Positions 23,157 through 35,311 of a DNA stretch of 64,000 nucleotides are shown here, one piece after another. The notes beneath the pieces are model-generated. The model searched no databases, was not told the DNA's origin, and saw nothing but the letters and a program-made list of their open reading frames with translations. The position numbers and the translations under genes were made by a program. The stretch lies in contig NC_092676.1 in the NCBI RefSeq assembly GCF_964355755.1, positions 3,077,888 to 3,141,887 on the forward strand, read 5' to 3'. Each line of letters opens with the position of its first letter. Within the stretch, counting starts at the first letter, position 1. Source of the DNA: Antedon mediterranea (Eukaryota > Animalia > Echinodermata).

Positions 23157-24963
23157 ATGGTAGTTATAGTATTGTTTTCTATGTTCCTGTTAAAAGATGA
23201 ATCAATATCGGTATTAACAATCTTTTTTAGAATGTAGTATAAAAATAACTACAGTATAAATAAAACAAAAGTTAAAAATTTGAATTCGTTAATGAGGCGG
23301 TCTTAGTTATCCGCGCATTTGCATGTTGACGTCATAAAAATGAAAGTAGTAAGACAGAAGCGTTCCTAAATTGGAAATCCACATGATCAAACAAAAGAAA
23401 CACACCGTTCCGAAAGAAACTAATGACAATTACAAAGGATGACACAGTTTGAATAGAGTAAATACCGTATAACATAGGCCTAATTAAATTTTGTTAAGAA
23501 AAATATATTATACTGAATTTACTTTTTACATTTATTTAATTTAGGCCGTAATTAGGTTTGTTGTTCATTTATGACTGTGAAGAAAAACATACGATTAAAA
23601 CAACTATAAAATTAAAAAAAATAATGATTCAGTGTTATAATTTTAATTACCTATCAATATGTTAATAAAACATATTTTAAATTTAATTTCTATCATGTTA
23701 GATATATTTTCAATGACATTTGTTATATAAAAATTATTTTGCAAAGAAATAGTTGCATAAATTAATTTTATCAAACGTATGTAACATAACGAATTATGAT
23801 GTTGAAAAAATTGTTTGTAATTCAGTCCATTTGCTCAGTAGTTCGTTTAAGTTTTATTTGTGTAATATTCTTGTAAATAAGAGAATTTATTGTTAACCTT
23901 TGTAATTATTTTGTAAATATCATATGTGCAATATTTTGCAAAGAAATAGTTGCATAGATTTAATTTTAGCAGGATAATATTTAAATTACATTTTACATTT
24001 ACAAATTTATAAGTGTAATTAAACATTAGCAATAAACTTACAGTCTTTCCAATGCTTTTAAACCATTAAATGCATTTTCTGGCAATTTCCTTATTTGGTT
24101 ATTTTCCAACCTCCTACAATAAAGAATACACAGGAAAAAGAAATTAAAACATCCAAAAAGTTGTCAAATTTATCCTCCTAAAAATGGTCCGAAACTCCCC
24201 CATTCGCAAATTGACACTTGACAAACACTCTCCCAAAAGTATCTGCTTATCCTTTCTATTCGGTTACCTGGGCTCTTAAATATCAAATTTTCGAGGACAG
24301 AAAAGGACAACAGAAAGAGGACACTTAGGAAAAATCGTTTTGTTTCTATAAATAACTTCTAAAAACTTTATTATCATTAACACAATGAGTATAATTTTGA
24401 AAATACTCAATACCATGGTGATCAACTAACAGGAAATTGTCTAAATACCTTATGGTTATGGAAGCTTCAACAACTCAATTAGGCCTAACGCTTTTACTGT
24501 ACTTGACCAGGAATTTTACTAAAAAATAGCCTATACCGTATTTGTTACAGTACAAGATTCCATTTATTTTTTAATGTAGAATTCAATCAAATTTAGGAAA
24601 TTGAATAGCATGATAAAATACTCACAGTAAAGTCAATGATGTCAAACCAACAAATGCATTGGATTGCAATGTACTTATCTCAAAATCTCTCAACCACCTT
24701 CAAGGTAAAACAATGCATATGTAATATGTATTATTATAATACATATTTTTAAACGCACGCGCATCAGAGATTAGATGAGTGGCCATGTTTTGCTATTGAT
24801 TTTGGTTTACCGATTACAAAACATTTTCTGTATTTATAACGTTTGTAGAGTTATAAGCAAATTGAAAAAATACTCACAGTTCTGGCAGTGATGTCAAACC
24901 ATTGAATGCATAGGCTTCCAGTGTACTTATTTGATTGGTTTCGAACAAGTCATTTCTAAAGAA

Positions 24964-25726
24964 AACAAGGCCAACAGCCATTAAGTCGCGTGCTACAATG
25001 CATAGTGATACCGGACCGACAGACCAACAGACAGACAGACCGACCGACCAACCTACCAACTGACCGAAATTACTGAACATGTTTAAAAATGTTGAAATGT
25101 TTAAAAACATTAATATATTTTTTTAATTTACACGTGCGTAGCCTGTCACATTTGACGTGCTCGTATAACATAATTTCGAGTTGAAAAGTAAGTCAAGAAA
25201 ACAGAAATCGGGCAAAAAGAGTGAGCAATAACATTTGACGCGCAGTGCGCGCGCAAAAATCTGCGCACTCATGGCAATTTTGTAAATGCTTAAAATTGCC
25301 TGAAACGTACTCTTATTTCATCGAAAATAAATTTTGAAAATTGTAAGCGCGCGTACGCATGCGTTACATGCGCTACGCACGTAATTGTATTGCCATATGA
25401 TGATTTATGCCCTGAAATTGATGAGTACCAAATTTTATTTAATTGTGATTATTTGTGAAGATATGATTACAAACGTGATTTCGTTAAATCGTGCGTAGAC
25501 CGCGTAATTTTTTATTGCGCACCGTGAAAACATAACCACATCGATTCCTAGCCATAAGGAAAATACTGTGAAAAATTGACTAGATTAAACTGATATCAAG
25601 ATAAGGTCAGAAAGCGATAAAACGCATAGTGATACCGGACCGACAGACAGACAGACCGACAGACAGACCGACAGACAGACCAACCGACCGACATAGTGAA
25701 CTATAGAGTCGCGTCCACGCGACTAA
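24964..25726 (-). mobile_element. HINE-like element, copy 2
   Basis: Same termini and microsatellites as 10955-11860, and a near-identical ~460-bp block. Confidence 0.75.
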
Positions 25727-27550
25727 TAAAGGCTCAGTATGAAATAAATCAATTAGTTATAACTATATTTTTTCTTCTGTAATTTAAAACCATTAGTTAA
25801 TTAATAAAACAAAATTTAATTCAGTATCATTTGTCTGGTTGTGAAATGTTAGGCAACATAAGGTCATCGGAATGCTATAAAAGTCACTATATTATGAATT
25901 ATGCTTTATGCGATCGTGAGTATTTTGACGATTTCTAAGTGAGACCTATCGCGCTCAAACTATCTATCTACAGTAGTAGTCGAGCCGTTGACGAGTGAAC
26001 ATCGTATTATTTGGCTCCGCATACCATGCTGTAAGCCAGCGTGCATGTTTGATTCGTGGCAATACTGTATACTATTCAACAGTGCCTTACTACTATTATA
26101 AAGAAATGCAAACCTTACTCAAATATTAACAAAAGATGTAATTTATGCATTTATTTTTGCAGTAAATCATTGAAATGAATTATTAATCAAAAGGAATTCA
26201 CTATGTAACTATGAAAAATACCTGTATCCAACGATTTGCCCAATGTGCAGTATCCTTCAAAGTAAGAGAAATACAAAATAATTGTTAATATTAAAAAAAA
26301 TATATTTATATTTTGATGACTCAAAAGAAAATCACTACATGAACAAATACTAAATTCAGTGACATTCCTTTAATGATATTTATATTTTAAAATATAATTT
26401 TACAACTGAAAAATTGATTCTGATCATTATATCTTACAAACAATAAACATAATTAATGGTGAATTGACTAAAAATCTTTTTTTTATAAAACCAAATAATG
26501 AAATGTATTTGTTTAACAATACAATGCAAAATAATCTAAATTAAAACCAAATTGGTAAAAGTAAGCAAACATAAGCAATACACTTACAGTGTTTCCAATG
26601 CTGTCAAACCAGCAAATGCATTGGCTGGTAATGTACTTATTTGGTTACTGCTCAAATCCCTTAAAAGTAAAAAGAATGCACAGTATAAGTAAATCAAAAT
26701 ATCCAAGCTGTTTGATATAGACTTATTTTACATTAATTATAACTTTGTTCAATTAAACCTAAATAAATTAATAATGCAAAAAAAAAAAAAACAAAAAAAA
26801 AAAAAAAAAACAAAAAAAAAAAACAAACAAAAATGAGGAGTGGCGAATAATATTTACAGTCAAATGTCACGAACAAAAACATGTTTTGTAATTAATTAGT
26901 GAGTGTAATAAATACAGAAACATGACCTTTTCCCCTAATTTTAAAATTAATTCTTTTAGTCACCTAAAACTGTACAAATCTACATTTCTAATACATTATT
27001 TAGTTACTCCATATAAAGTATTGTATCAAGCCGTATGCAAACTTTATTGACTTTAACTAGATTTAAATTTGTCGATGAGGCGGAGTAAGGTTATTCGCGT
27101 ATTTACAAAAACAAATTTTAACATGATAACTTCATATAAGTAGTTTCTGAGTACAAAAATAAAATTTAGAAGAAAATCCGACACACAGACGCAAGATGCA
27201 CCCTGAAATGATTATGAAGAAATGGATATTTACATTTTGATAACTCAAGACAAAATTACTAAGCAAACATAAGCAATACACTTACAGTGTTTCCAATGCT
27301 GTCAAACCAGCAAATGCATTGGCTGGTAATGTACACATTTCGTTACCGTACAAATACCTTAAACGTACAAAGAATGCACAGTATGAGTAAATCACAATAT
27401 CCAAGCTGTTTTATGTAAACCTATTTGACATTAATTATGACTTTGTTCAATTAAACCATAATAAATTAATAATGGAAAAAAAAAGAATAAAAACGAGGAG
27501 TGGCGAATAATATTTAGAGTCAAATGTCATGAACAAAAACATGTTTTGTA

Positions 27551-28310
27551 GTGAGTTCTATCAATCAGATTACACAAGTAATGTCCACTATTATACATTC
27601 TGATCAAAAAGGTTACATTACTGAAAGGTTTGGTGGTGAAAATATAAGACTTGTAGAAGATATACTTTCTTTTACTAATATCAAACCCGGCGCTTTAATT
27701 TTACTCGATTTTGCAAAAGCGGTTGATTCGGTAAACAGAAATTTAATGTTAAAAACGCTAACAAAAATTTGTATTTGGTCCGTCTTTTATTAAATGGATT
27801 AAAGTAATATATATACCGATACAGGAAGTATAATGGTAATTAATGCTTTGATGTTGGAAAGCATTAAGATGGAATGTGGACAAGGGTTTCCTCTATCGGC
27901 CTTGTTATTTATTTTGGTAGGTAACATACGGAACAATCCCCTGTAAAGGAATTGAATTGCCAAAAATAAATGATGAAAAATGTACTGTTAAGATTTCTCA
28001 GCTTGCAGACGATAATATCATCTTTACAAAAGATAAAGAATCGTTGATTTGTTTTTTACATGAGATTGAGCTATTCTGTAGAATATCAGGTTTAAGATTG
28101 AACAAAGAAAAAACAAATGGTATGTGGATTGGTGCGAGTAAACATAATATGTCAGAACCATGTAATATTACATGGACAAAGAAACCTGTAAAGTTTCTAG
28201 GAATTTATGTTGGATACGATAACAAATTATGTGAAAAGAAAAACTGGGACCATAAGATTATTTCTTTAGAAAATATCGTAAGATTATGAAAGAGAAGAAA
28301 TCTCAAGTTA
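27551..28310 (+). mobile_element. Degenerate L1/Tx1-clade LINE RT fragment inside the LRR array
   Basis: Frameshifted pieces IIHSDQKGYITERFGGENIRLVEDI, LLDFAKAVDSV, ISQLADD, SGLRLNKEKT, KFLGI. Confidence 0.75.
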
Positions 28311-29651
28311 TTTTTTATGTATGTACCTTAGTGATGTCAAATATTATATTAAGATAAAAATGTGGTAAATATATTTAAATAACTTAAAACAAAATTTCTA
28401 CACCAAATTCAATTGTTTGTTAGCAACCATATGATAAATGTATTATCTAATATGTTAAACAGATTATAACATTATATAAGGAAATATAGTTGTTTAACAT
28501 ACAATGCGAAATAATTTATAATTTAATTTCTAAATGAAAACCAAATTGGTAAAAGTAAGCAAACATAAGCAATACACTTACAGTGTTTTCAATGCTGTCA
28601 AACCAGCAAATGCATTGGCTTGTAATGTACTTATTTGGTTAATGTACAAATACCTTAAAAGTAAAAAGAATGCACAGTATAAGTAAATCACAATATCCAA
28701 GCTGTTTTATGTAAACTTATTTTACATTAATTATGACTTTGTTCAATTAAACCTAAATGAATTATTAATGCAGAACCCCCCCCCCCAAAAAAAAAACCCC
28801 CAAAAAAACAAACAAACAAAAAAACCAAACCAAAAAAAGTTGGATAATTTTATTTAGAGTCAAATGTCACGAACAAAAATAAGTTTTGTAATTAATTAGT
28901 GATTTTAACAAATACTTACAGGTATTCCAATGCTGTCAAATCAGCAAATGCATTGGCTGGTAATGTTCTTATTTTGTTCCTGTCCAAATTCCTTAAAAGT
29001 AAAAAAGAATGTACAGTATAAGTAAATCACAATATCCAAGCTGTTTTAAAATTATTATTTTTTTTTTTTACCGTAAACATTGAAATGACGTAGTTAGACT
29101 ACAGGCCCGTAGCCAGTGGAGTTTTATGGTTCGGGCGAAAGCCCCACCCCACCCCACTTTACAGCGAATTCCCCTTAATCGACTGCGAACCCCCATACCC
29201 GACATGCCCAATACCCTCACCTCATCTCTGAAAATCTTCCAAACACGTGCCCCACAGTACAAAAGGTTATTCGTAAATTGAAAAATTCGTAAACAAACTC
29301 GATTGTAAATAACTCCTATCTTCTTCACTGTGTATGAGCGTACGTCGAGCGATACGTGTCTGTAAATTTTTAAGAGTTGCAAGATAATTTCCGATTTTCA
29401 CCTAAAAATTAGATACGAATTTTTGGTCCCTGGATATAACACGATATTGACGTGAATACCACTCTACAGCGAACTATGCCCCGAACAATTTGTACAAAGT
29501 ACACCGCCAGAAAACCGCGTACCTATTGTTTAGATTAGATCACTCCAGTCGGCATGCATCAGGTATAGCCTTCCGATGTACATACTAAAAAAGGAACACT
29601 ACGGTTACCTACAGTAAATTATAGTGAATATAATATAAACACTATCTATGC

Positions 29652-29826
29652 AGGGGAAAATTTCATTTTAAAATTTTGTTTAGCAATATTGCTAATCAAA
29701 CTGATTTTTTAGTCCAGAAACATATAGTTTTGTTTTGTATTTTTTGCTACACAATTGTAGAAATGTGTAGCAATAAGGTTGTTTTGTATAGCTTTTTGCT
29801 ATGCTACACTGGCGAAATTATTCCCT
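29652..29826. mobile_element. Short MITE with CAGGG...CCCTG termini
   Basis: Imperfect TIRs CAGGGGAAAATTTC / GAAATTATTCCCTG; TCTATG present on both flanks. Confidence 0.45.
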
Positions 29827-32800
29827 GTCTATGGTATCATGTACTGTAGTTTACATTTTAGCATCTGATTATTTTTTTCTAGGCCACCAGCAGCCGATAC
29901 GTACTCAACTGTATCAATACCATCTATTTATTGATATATTTATTTCCTTAAAACATTCTGTAAATAAATATAGATAGAGGAGCTATAAAGCAGCATTGAA
30001 TTTGCCTTCTCACTCAAAGTTTGCTTTTTTTCGGGGCTTTCTCTAGACGTACGTTCGCATTGAACTTGAAAGAAAACGCCCATCTAACATAGGGCAACAC
30101 AATGTTATCGTCCTTTAAATAGTCCATGTGTTTAAGGAGGAGGAAAACAGTAGCCTACGATCGATTTGCTCATTGTTAGCATGCTGCATGAGAGCGGCCA
30201 ATTGGACTTGCAATTTATCATGAATTTTATGTGCCAGATACCATTTCCGGCAGACGGCAGTGACCCAAATACAAATACTTAGTGTCCGAACCCTCCTTGG
30301 CAGATCCTGGCTATTGTATGTCAAATACTATGTTAAAATAAAAATGTTGTAAATATATTTAAATAACTTATTTTCTTAAAACAAAATTTCTAGACCAAAT
30401 TCAATTGTTTGTTAGCAACCATATAAATAAATGTATTATCTAATATGTAATACAGATTCACTTTCAATTGTTATATCTTACAAAAAATAAATAGTTAAAA
30501 TCATGATGAATAAAATTAACACATTTTGTACAACTGAAAATTTGATTCTGATTTATTCTATTTACAAATAATAAATAATTCATGGTGAATTAACTAAAAG
30601 TTAGTTTTGTTTTTGTTGAACTTATTTAAAAAAAATATAAAATCACATAATGAAATATATTCGTTTAACATACAATGCAAAGTAATTGTAATTTAAAAAA
30701 ACAAATTAAAATTGGTAAAATTAAGCAAACATAAGCTATACACTTACAGTGTTTTCAATGTTGTCAAAACAGCAAATGCATTGGCTGGTAATGTACTTAT
30801 TTGGTTACTGCTCAAATCTCTTAAAAGTAAAAAGAATGCACAGTATAGGTAAATCACAATATCCAAGCTGTTTTTAAATTATTTTATTTTTTCTGTCACC
30901 TCAAATGTTGAAATGTCTACATTCCTGTACATTATACAGTAGTTATACTGCATGTACTCTATTGTATGTACTTTAGTGATTTCAAAATATACTATGTTAA
31001 AATAAAAATGTGTGGTATAATATATTTTAATAACTTATTTTCTTAAAACAAAATTTCTAGACCAAATTCAATTGTTTGCTAGCAACCATAAAATAAATGT
31101 ATTATCTAATATGTAAAACAGATTCACTTTCAATCGTTATATCTTTCAAAAAATAAATAGTTCAATCATGATGGATAAAACACATTTGTACAACTAAACA
31201 TTTGATTCTGGTTTATTCTGTCTTACAAATAATAATAATAATATTGAATTAACTAATTAACTAATTAAATTTAATTTCTAAATTAAAATTGGTAAAAGTA
31301 AGTAAACATAAGCAATACACTTACAGTGTTTCCAATGCTGTCAAACCAGCAAATGTATGGGGTGGTAATGTACATATTTCGTTACCGTACAAATACCTTA
31401 AACGTATAAAGAATGCAGAGTATAAGTAAATCGTAATATCCAAGCTGTTTTATGTAAATTTATTACACTAATTATGACTTTGTTCAATTAAACCTATATA
31501 AATTTATAATAATAAAAAAAAACAAAAAACAAAAACAAAAACAAAAAAAAAACAAAAAAAAAAAAACAAAAAAAGAATAAAAAGCAAAGAGTAGGGAATT
31601 TTATTTAGAGTCAAGTTTCACGAACAAAATATGTTTTGTAATTAATTAGTGAGTTTAAGAAAAACTTACAGGTATTCCAATGCTGTCAAATCAGCAAATG
31701 CATTGGCTGGTAATGTACTTATTTGGTTCCTGCCCAAATTCCTTAAAAGTAAAAAGAATGTACAGTATTAGTAAATCACAATATCCAAGCTGTTTTTAAA
31801 TTATTTTAGTTTTTCTGTCACCTCAAATGTTGAAATGTCTACATCTCTGTAAATTATACAGTAGTTATACTGCATATACTCTACTGTATGTACCTTAGTA
31901 AAGTCAAATACTATGTTAAAATAAAAACAAGGAAAAAATATTTTAATAAATTATTTCTTAAAACAAAATTTCTACACCAAATTCAATTGTTTGTTAGCAA
32001 CCATATAATAAATGTATTATCTAATATGTAATACAGATCCATTTTCAATTGTTATAATAGTTCAATCATGATGGATACATTAACACATTTTTGTACAACT
32101 GAAAATGTAATTCTTACAAAACACTTACAGTGTTTCCAATGCTATCAAACCAGCAAATGCATTGGCTGGTAATGTACTTATTTGGTTATACCTCAAATCC
32201 CTTAAAAGTAAAAGAATGCACAGTATAAGTAAATCACAATATCTAAGCGGTTTGATGTAAACTTATTTGACACTAATTATGACTTTGTTAATAAATTATT
32301 AATGCACCAAAAAAAAAAAAAACAAGGAGAGAGAGGAATAATATTTAGAGTCAAATGTCACGAACAAAAACATGTTTTAATGAGTGTAAGAAAAACTTAT
32401 TCCAACGATATTAAACAAGCAAATACATTGACTGGTATAAAACCATATAATGAAATATAGTTGCTTAACCTACAATGCGAAATAATTGTAATTTATTTTC
32501 TAAACTAAAACCAAATCGGTAAAAATAGGCAAACATAAGCAATACACTTACAGTGTTTTAAATTCTGTCAAACCAGCAAATACATTGGCTGGTAATGTAC
32601 TTATTTGGTTATATCTCAAATCCCTTAAAGTAAAAAAAAAAAGAAAAATGCACAGTATAAGTAAATCAAAATATCCAAGCTGTTTTTAAATTATTTTAGA
32701 TTTTCTGTCACCTCAAATGTTGAAATGTCTACATTCCTGTACATTATACAGTAGTTATACTCCATATACTCTATTGTATGGTTTTTAGCAATGTAAAAAT

Positions 32801-32944
32801 AATTTTCTTAAAACAACATTGGTACACAAATTGTTTGCTAGCAATCATTCATATTAATAAATGAATTATTTAATGTGTTATACAGATTCACATTCTATTG
32901 TTATATCTTACAAAACAAATTGTATATATATAAGAATACTTAGT

Positions 32945-33330
32945 TGTTCGAACCCACGACCTCCAGATCACTGGCCTGGCATTCATACCTCTAGACCACC
33001 GAGCTTGTTTTTATTTTATTTTTATTTTTATTTTTATTTTATTCAGTCAAAACCAACAGCGATAAATACCGCCACTAACAGGTTTGAAACATAAAACAAT
33101 ACAACATCAAACACGGTTAACAATAAAATATGCTGATGGCTAGTGGTTAGATTCGAACACAATTGCAACCCTGTCGGTGTAGTACCCCCTGCTTACTTGG
33201 GCTCGAATCTAACCACTAGCCATCAGCGCAAGCTCGGTGGTCTAAAGGTAGGAACGCCGGTCTAGCGACCTGGAGGTCGTGGGTTCGGGTCCCACTCGAG
33301 GACAATATTCTCAAATGTACTTAGTACTCC
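32945..33330. repeat. Two oppositely oriented tRNA-like (SINE-head) copies flanking a 25-bp-arm hairpin
   Basis: 33229-33305 (+) has A/B-box-like TGGTCTAAAGG and GGTTCGGGTCC. A diverged reverse copy lies at 32946-33007. Perfect inverted arms at 33132-33156 and 33203-33227. Confidence 0.55.
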
Positions 33331-33382
33331 CTGACGCAAAGCTACTCCACAGTAGTTTAACACAATTACAATATATGGGCCC

Positions 33383-33424
33383 TTGCACTGATGAAGGGCT
33401 AGTGTTGCCCGAAAGCTCTGCTAA
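33383..33424 (+). ncRNA. Minimal type I hammerhead ribozyme motif, copy 2
   Basis: Identical 42-nt motif to 1148-1189. Confidence 0.65.
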
Positions 33425-35311
33425 CTTTTCTGGGTGTTTTACTTTTACTTTCGCCTTCATGATATGCGTTAAATTTACCATGAATTATATACATATATAA
33501 ACATATCAGGCAAAGAATTCACCGCCCGGTGATATACTGAAATTTTAATTAATTAATTTGAAACGATAAAGATGAGGAAATCTGTTAAATATATATATCT
33601 ATATATAAATTAACGTAAGGGCAAAATTCGGTAAATCGCGCCTTATTTCTAGAATGTTTACTCGATGGTATATAAAGTTGGTTCGTACTTTCGGTACTGA
33701 TTTTAACCACCTGATGTAACCCTGTTTACTAATTAAATTGAGTTCGATAATTAGTTATTGACGATTAAAACAAATTTAGGTTCAACGATTTGCCCCAAAT
33801 GTTTTACTGTATTTAGATGTAGGCCTATAGTATTAATAGGCCTATAGTAAAACATGAAAAAAAATATTTCGTTACTGAGTGGATAAAGAATATATTTAAA
33901 AATTGTTCTTCTTTGTACCTATCCGCTTTCCCATCCCTCAACCCTAATGTTACATACAAAACACAAATTGGGTTTCTTTAAATGGGTCCAAATCAAAAAT
34001 TTGGACTCATTTTGATAAGTTTCTCCTTCGGAAGTAATTCCCAGGGTGCTAATTTTAGTTGACTACATAAATCATCGTGTCTATTTATTCGTTTCTGTAA
34101 ACGACAATGTATTACAGTCCTACGGTACGTACATTTGAAATCGCCAGTTTTGCTACGCTGCTGAAATTACTGTGAATTCGAGAACCATCTAGTCTATATA
34201 TAAATTTACGTAAGGGCAAAATTCGGTAAATCGCGCCTTTCTTTTAGAATTTTTACTCGATGGATATAAAGGTGGTTCGTACTTTCGGTACTGATTTTAA
34301 CCACCTGATTTAACCCTATTTACTAATTAAATTAAGTTAGATAATTAGTTATTGACGATTAAAACGAATTTAGGTTCAATGATTTGCCCCAAAGAAGGGT
34401 GTTTTCCGATCGTGGTATACACTGTCTAATGGATGTCCATCTTGAAAAATACCCGCCACAAAAATGCGAGGAGGCTTCGCATTTTCCTATCTCCTCCTAC
34501 GATAATTGTTTTTAATAGCTGAAAACCGGTTGAACAGCTAGAGTACAGCATCATAATGTTGAAGACAGGCCGATTTTCTTTAAAAAATACTATTTTGATA
34601 GATTTAATATACGATTATACAAATGTAGTGATTTGCGATGAATGGAACATCCCAAAACTTGCAATACTTTGACAATACTGTACTGTAAATACCTATTAAC
34701 TATTTTCGGTCCTCATTTGAATCGAACAATTCTTACAGTGAATGTTCGTACTGTTAGATGTAATATAAAAATATATACAAATAAACTTTATTACTGAGAT
34801 TGTGGATAGGCTCTACTGTTAGATATATAAACACATTATTATATACAAATAAACTTTATACTGACAGTTCCTTCTCAACGTTTGTATTAATTAATAATTA
34901 CCAATAATATAAACGTCGTAGTGGTGTATCGTGATATGTACTTTAATATTTTAATCGATTATGACAGTGACAGTTTTAAACAAAGTATTAAATCGCAAAT
35001 GTTTTACTGTATTTAGAGGTATATTATTTATAGGCCTATAAAACATGAAAAAAATATTTCGTTACTGAGTGGATAAAGATTCTATTTAAAAATTGTTCCT
35101 CTTTGTACCTATCCGCTTTCCCATCCCTCAACCCTAATGTTACATACAAAACACAAATTGGGTTTCTTTAAATGATGAGTCCAAATCAAAAATTTTGACT
35201 CATTTGTGATAAGTTACTCCTTCGGTAGTAATTGAATTCCCAGGGTGCTAATTTTAGCTGACTACATAAACCATCGTGTCTATTTATTCGTTTCTGTAAA
35301 GACAATGTATT

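Larger units (their letters stand above)
26588..32623 (-). repeat. Tandem array of duplicated LRR exon+intron cassettes, paralog A (nine intact 72-nt exons plus one decayed copy)
   Basis: Each exon encodes xLxxNxxxTLxxxxFAxLxxxxxL with shared flanks ...ctttttacttttaag| and |gtaagt. Decayed copy at ~32395-32440. Confidence 0.88.

Noticed and set aside
26588-32623. Regularly recurring conserved blocks with variable spacers, superficially CRISPR-like
   Set aside because: The blocks are 72-nt GT-AG exons encoding LRRs with homologous introns in a eukaryotic gene; no cas genes and no unique short spacers.
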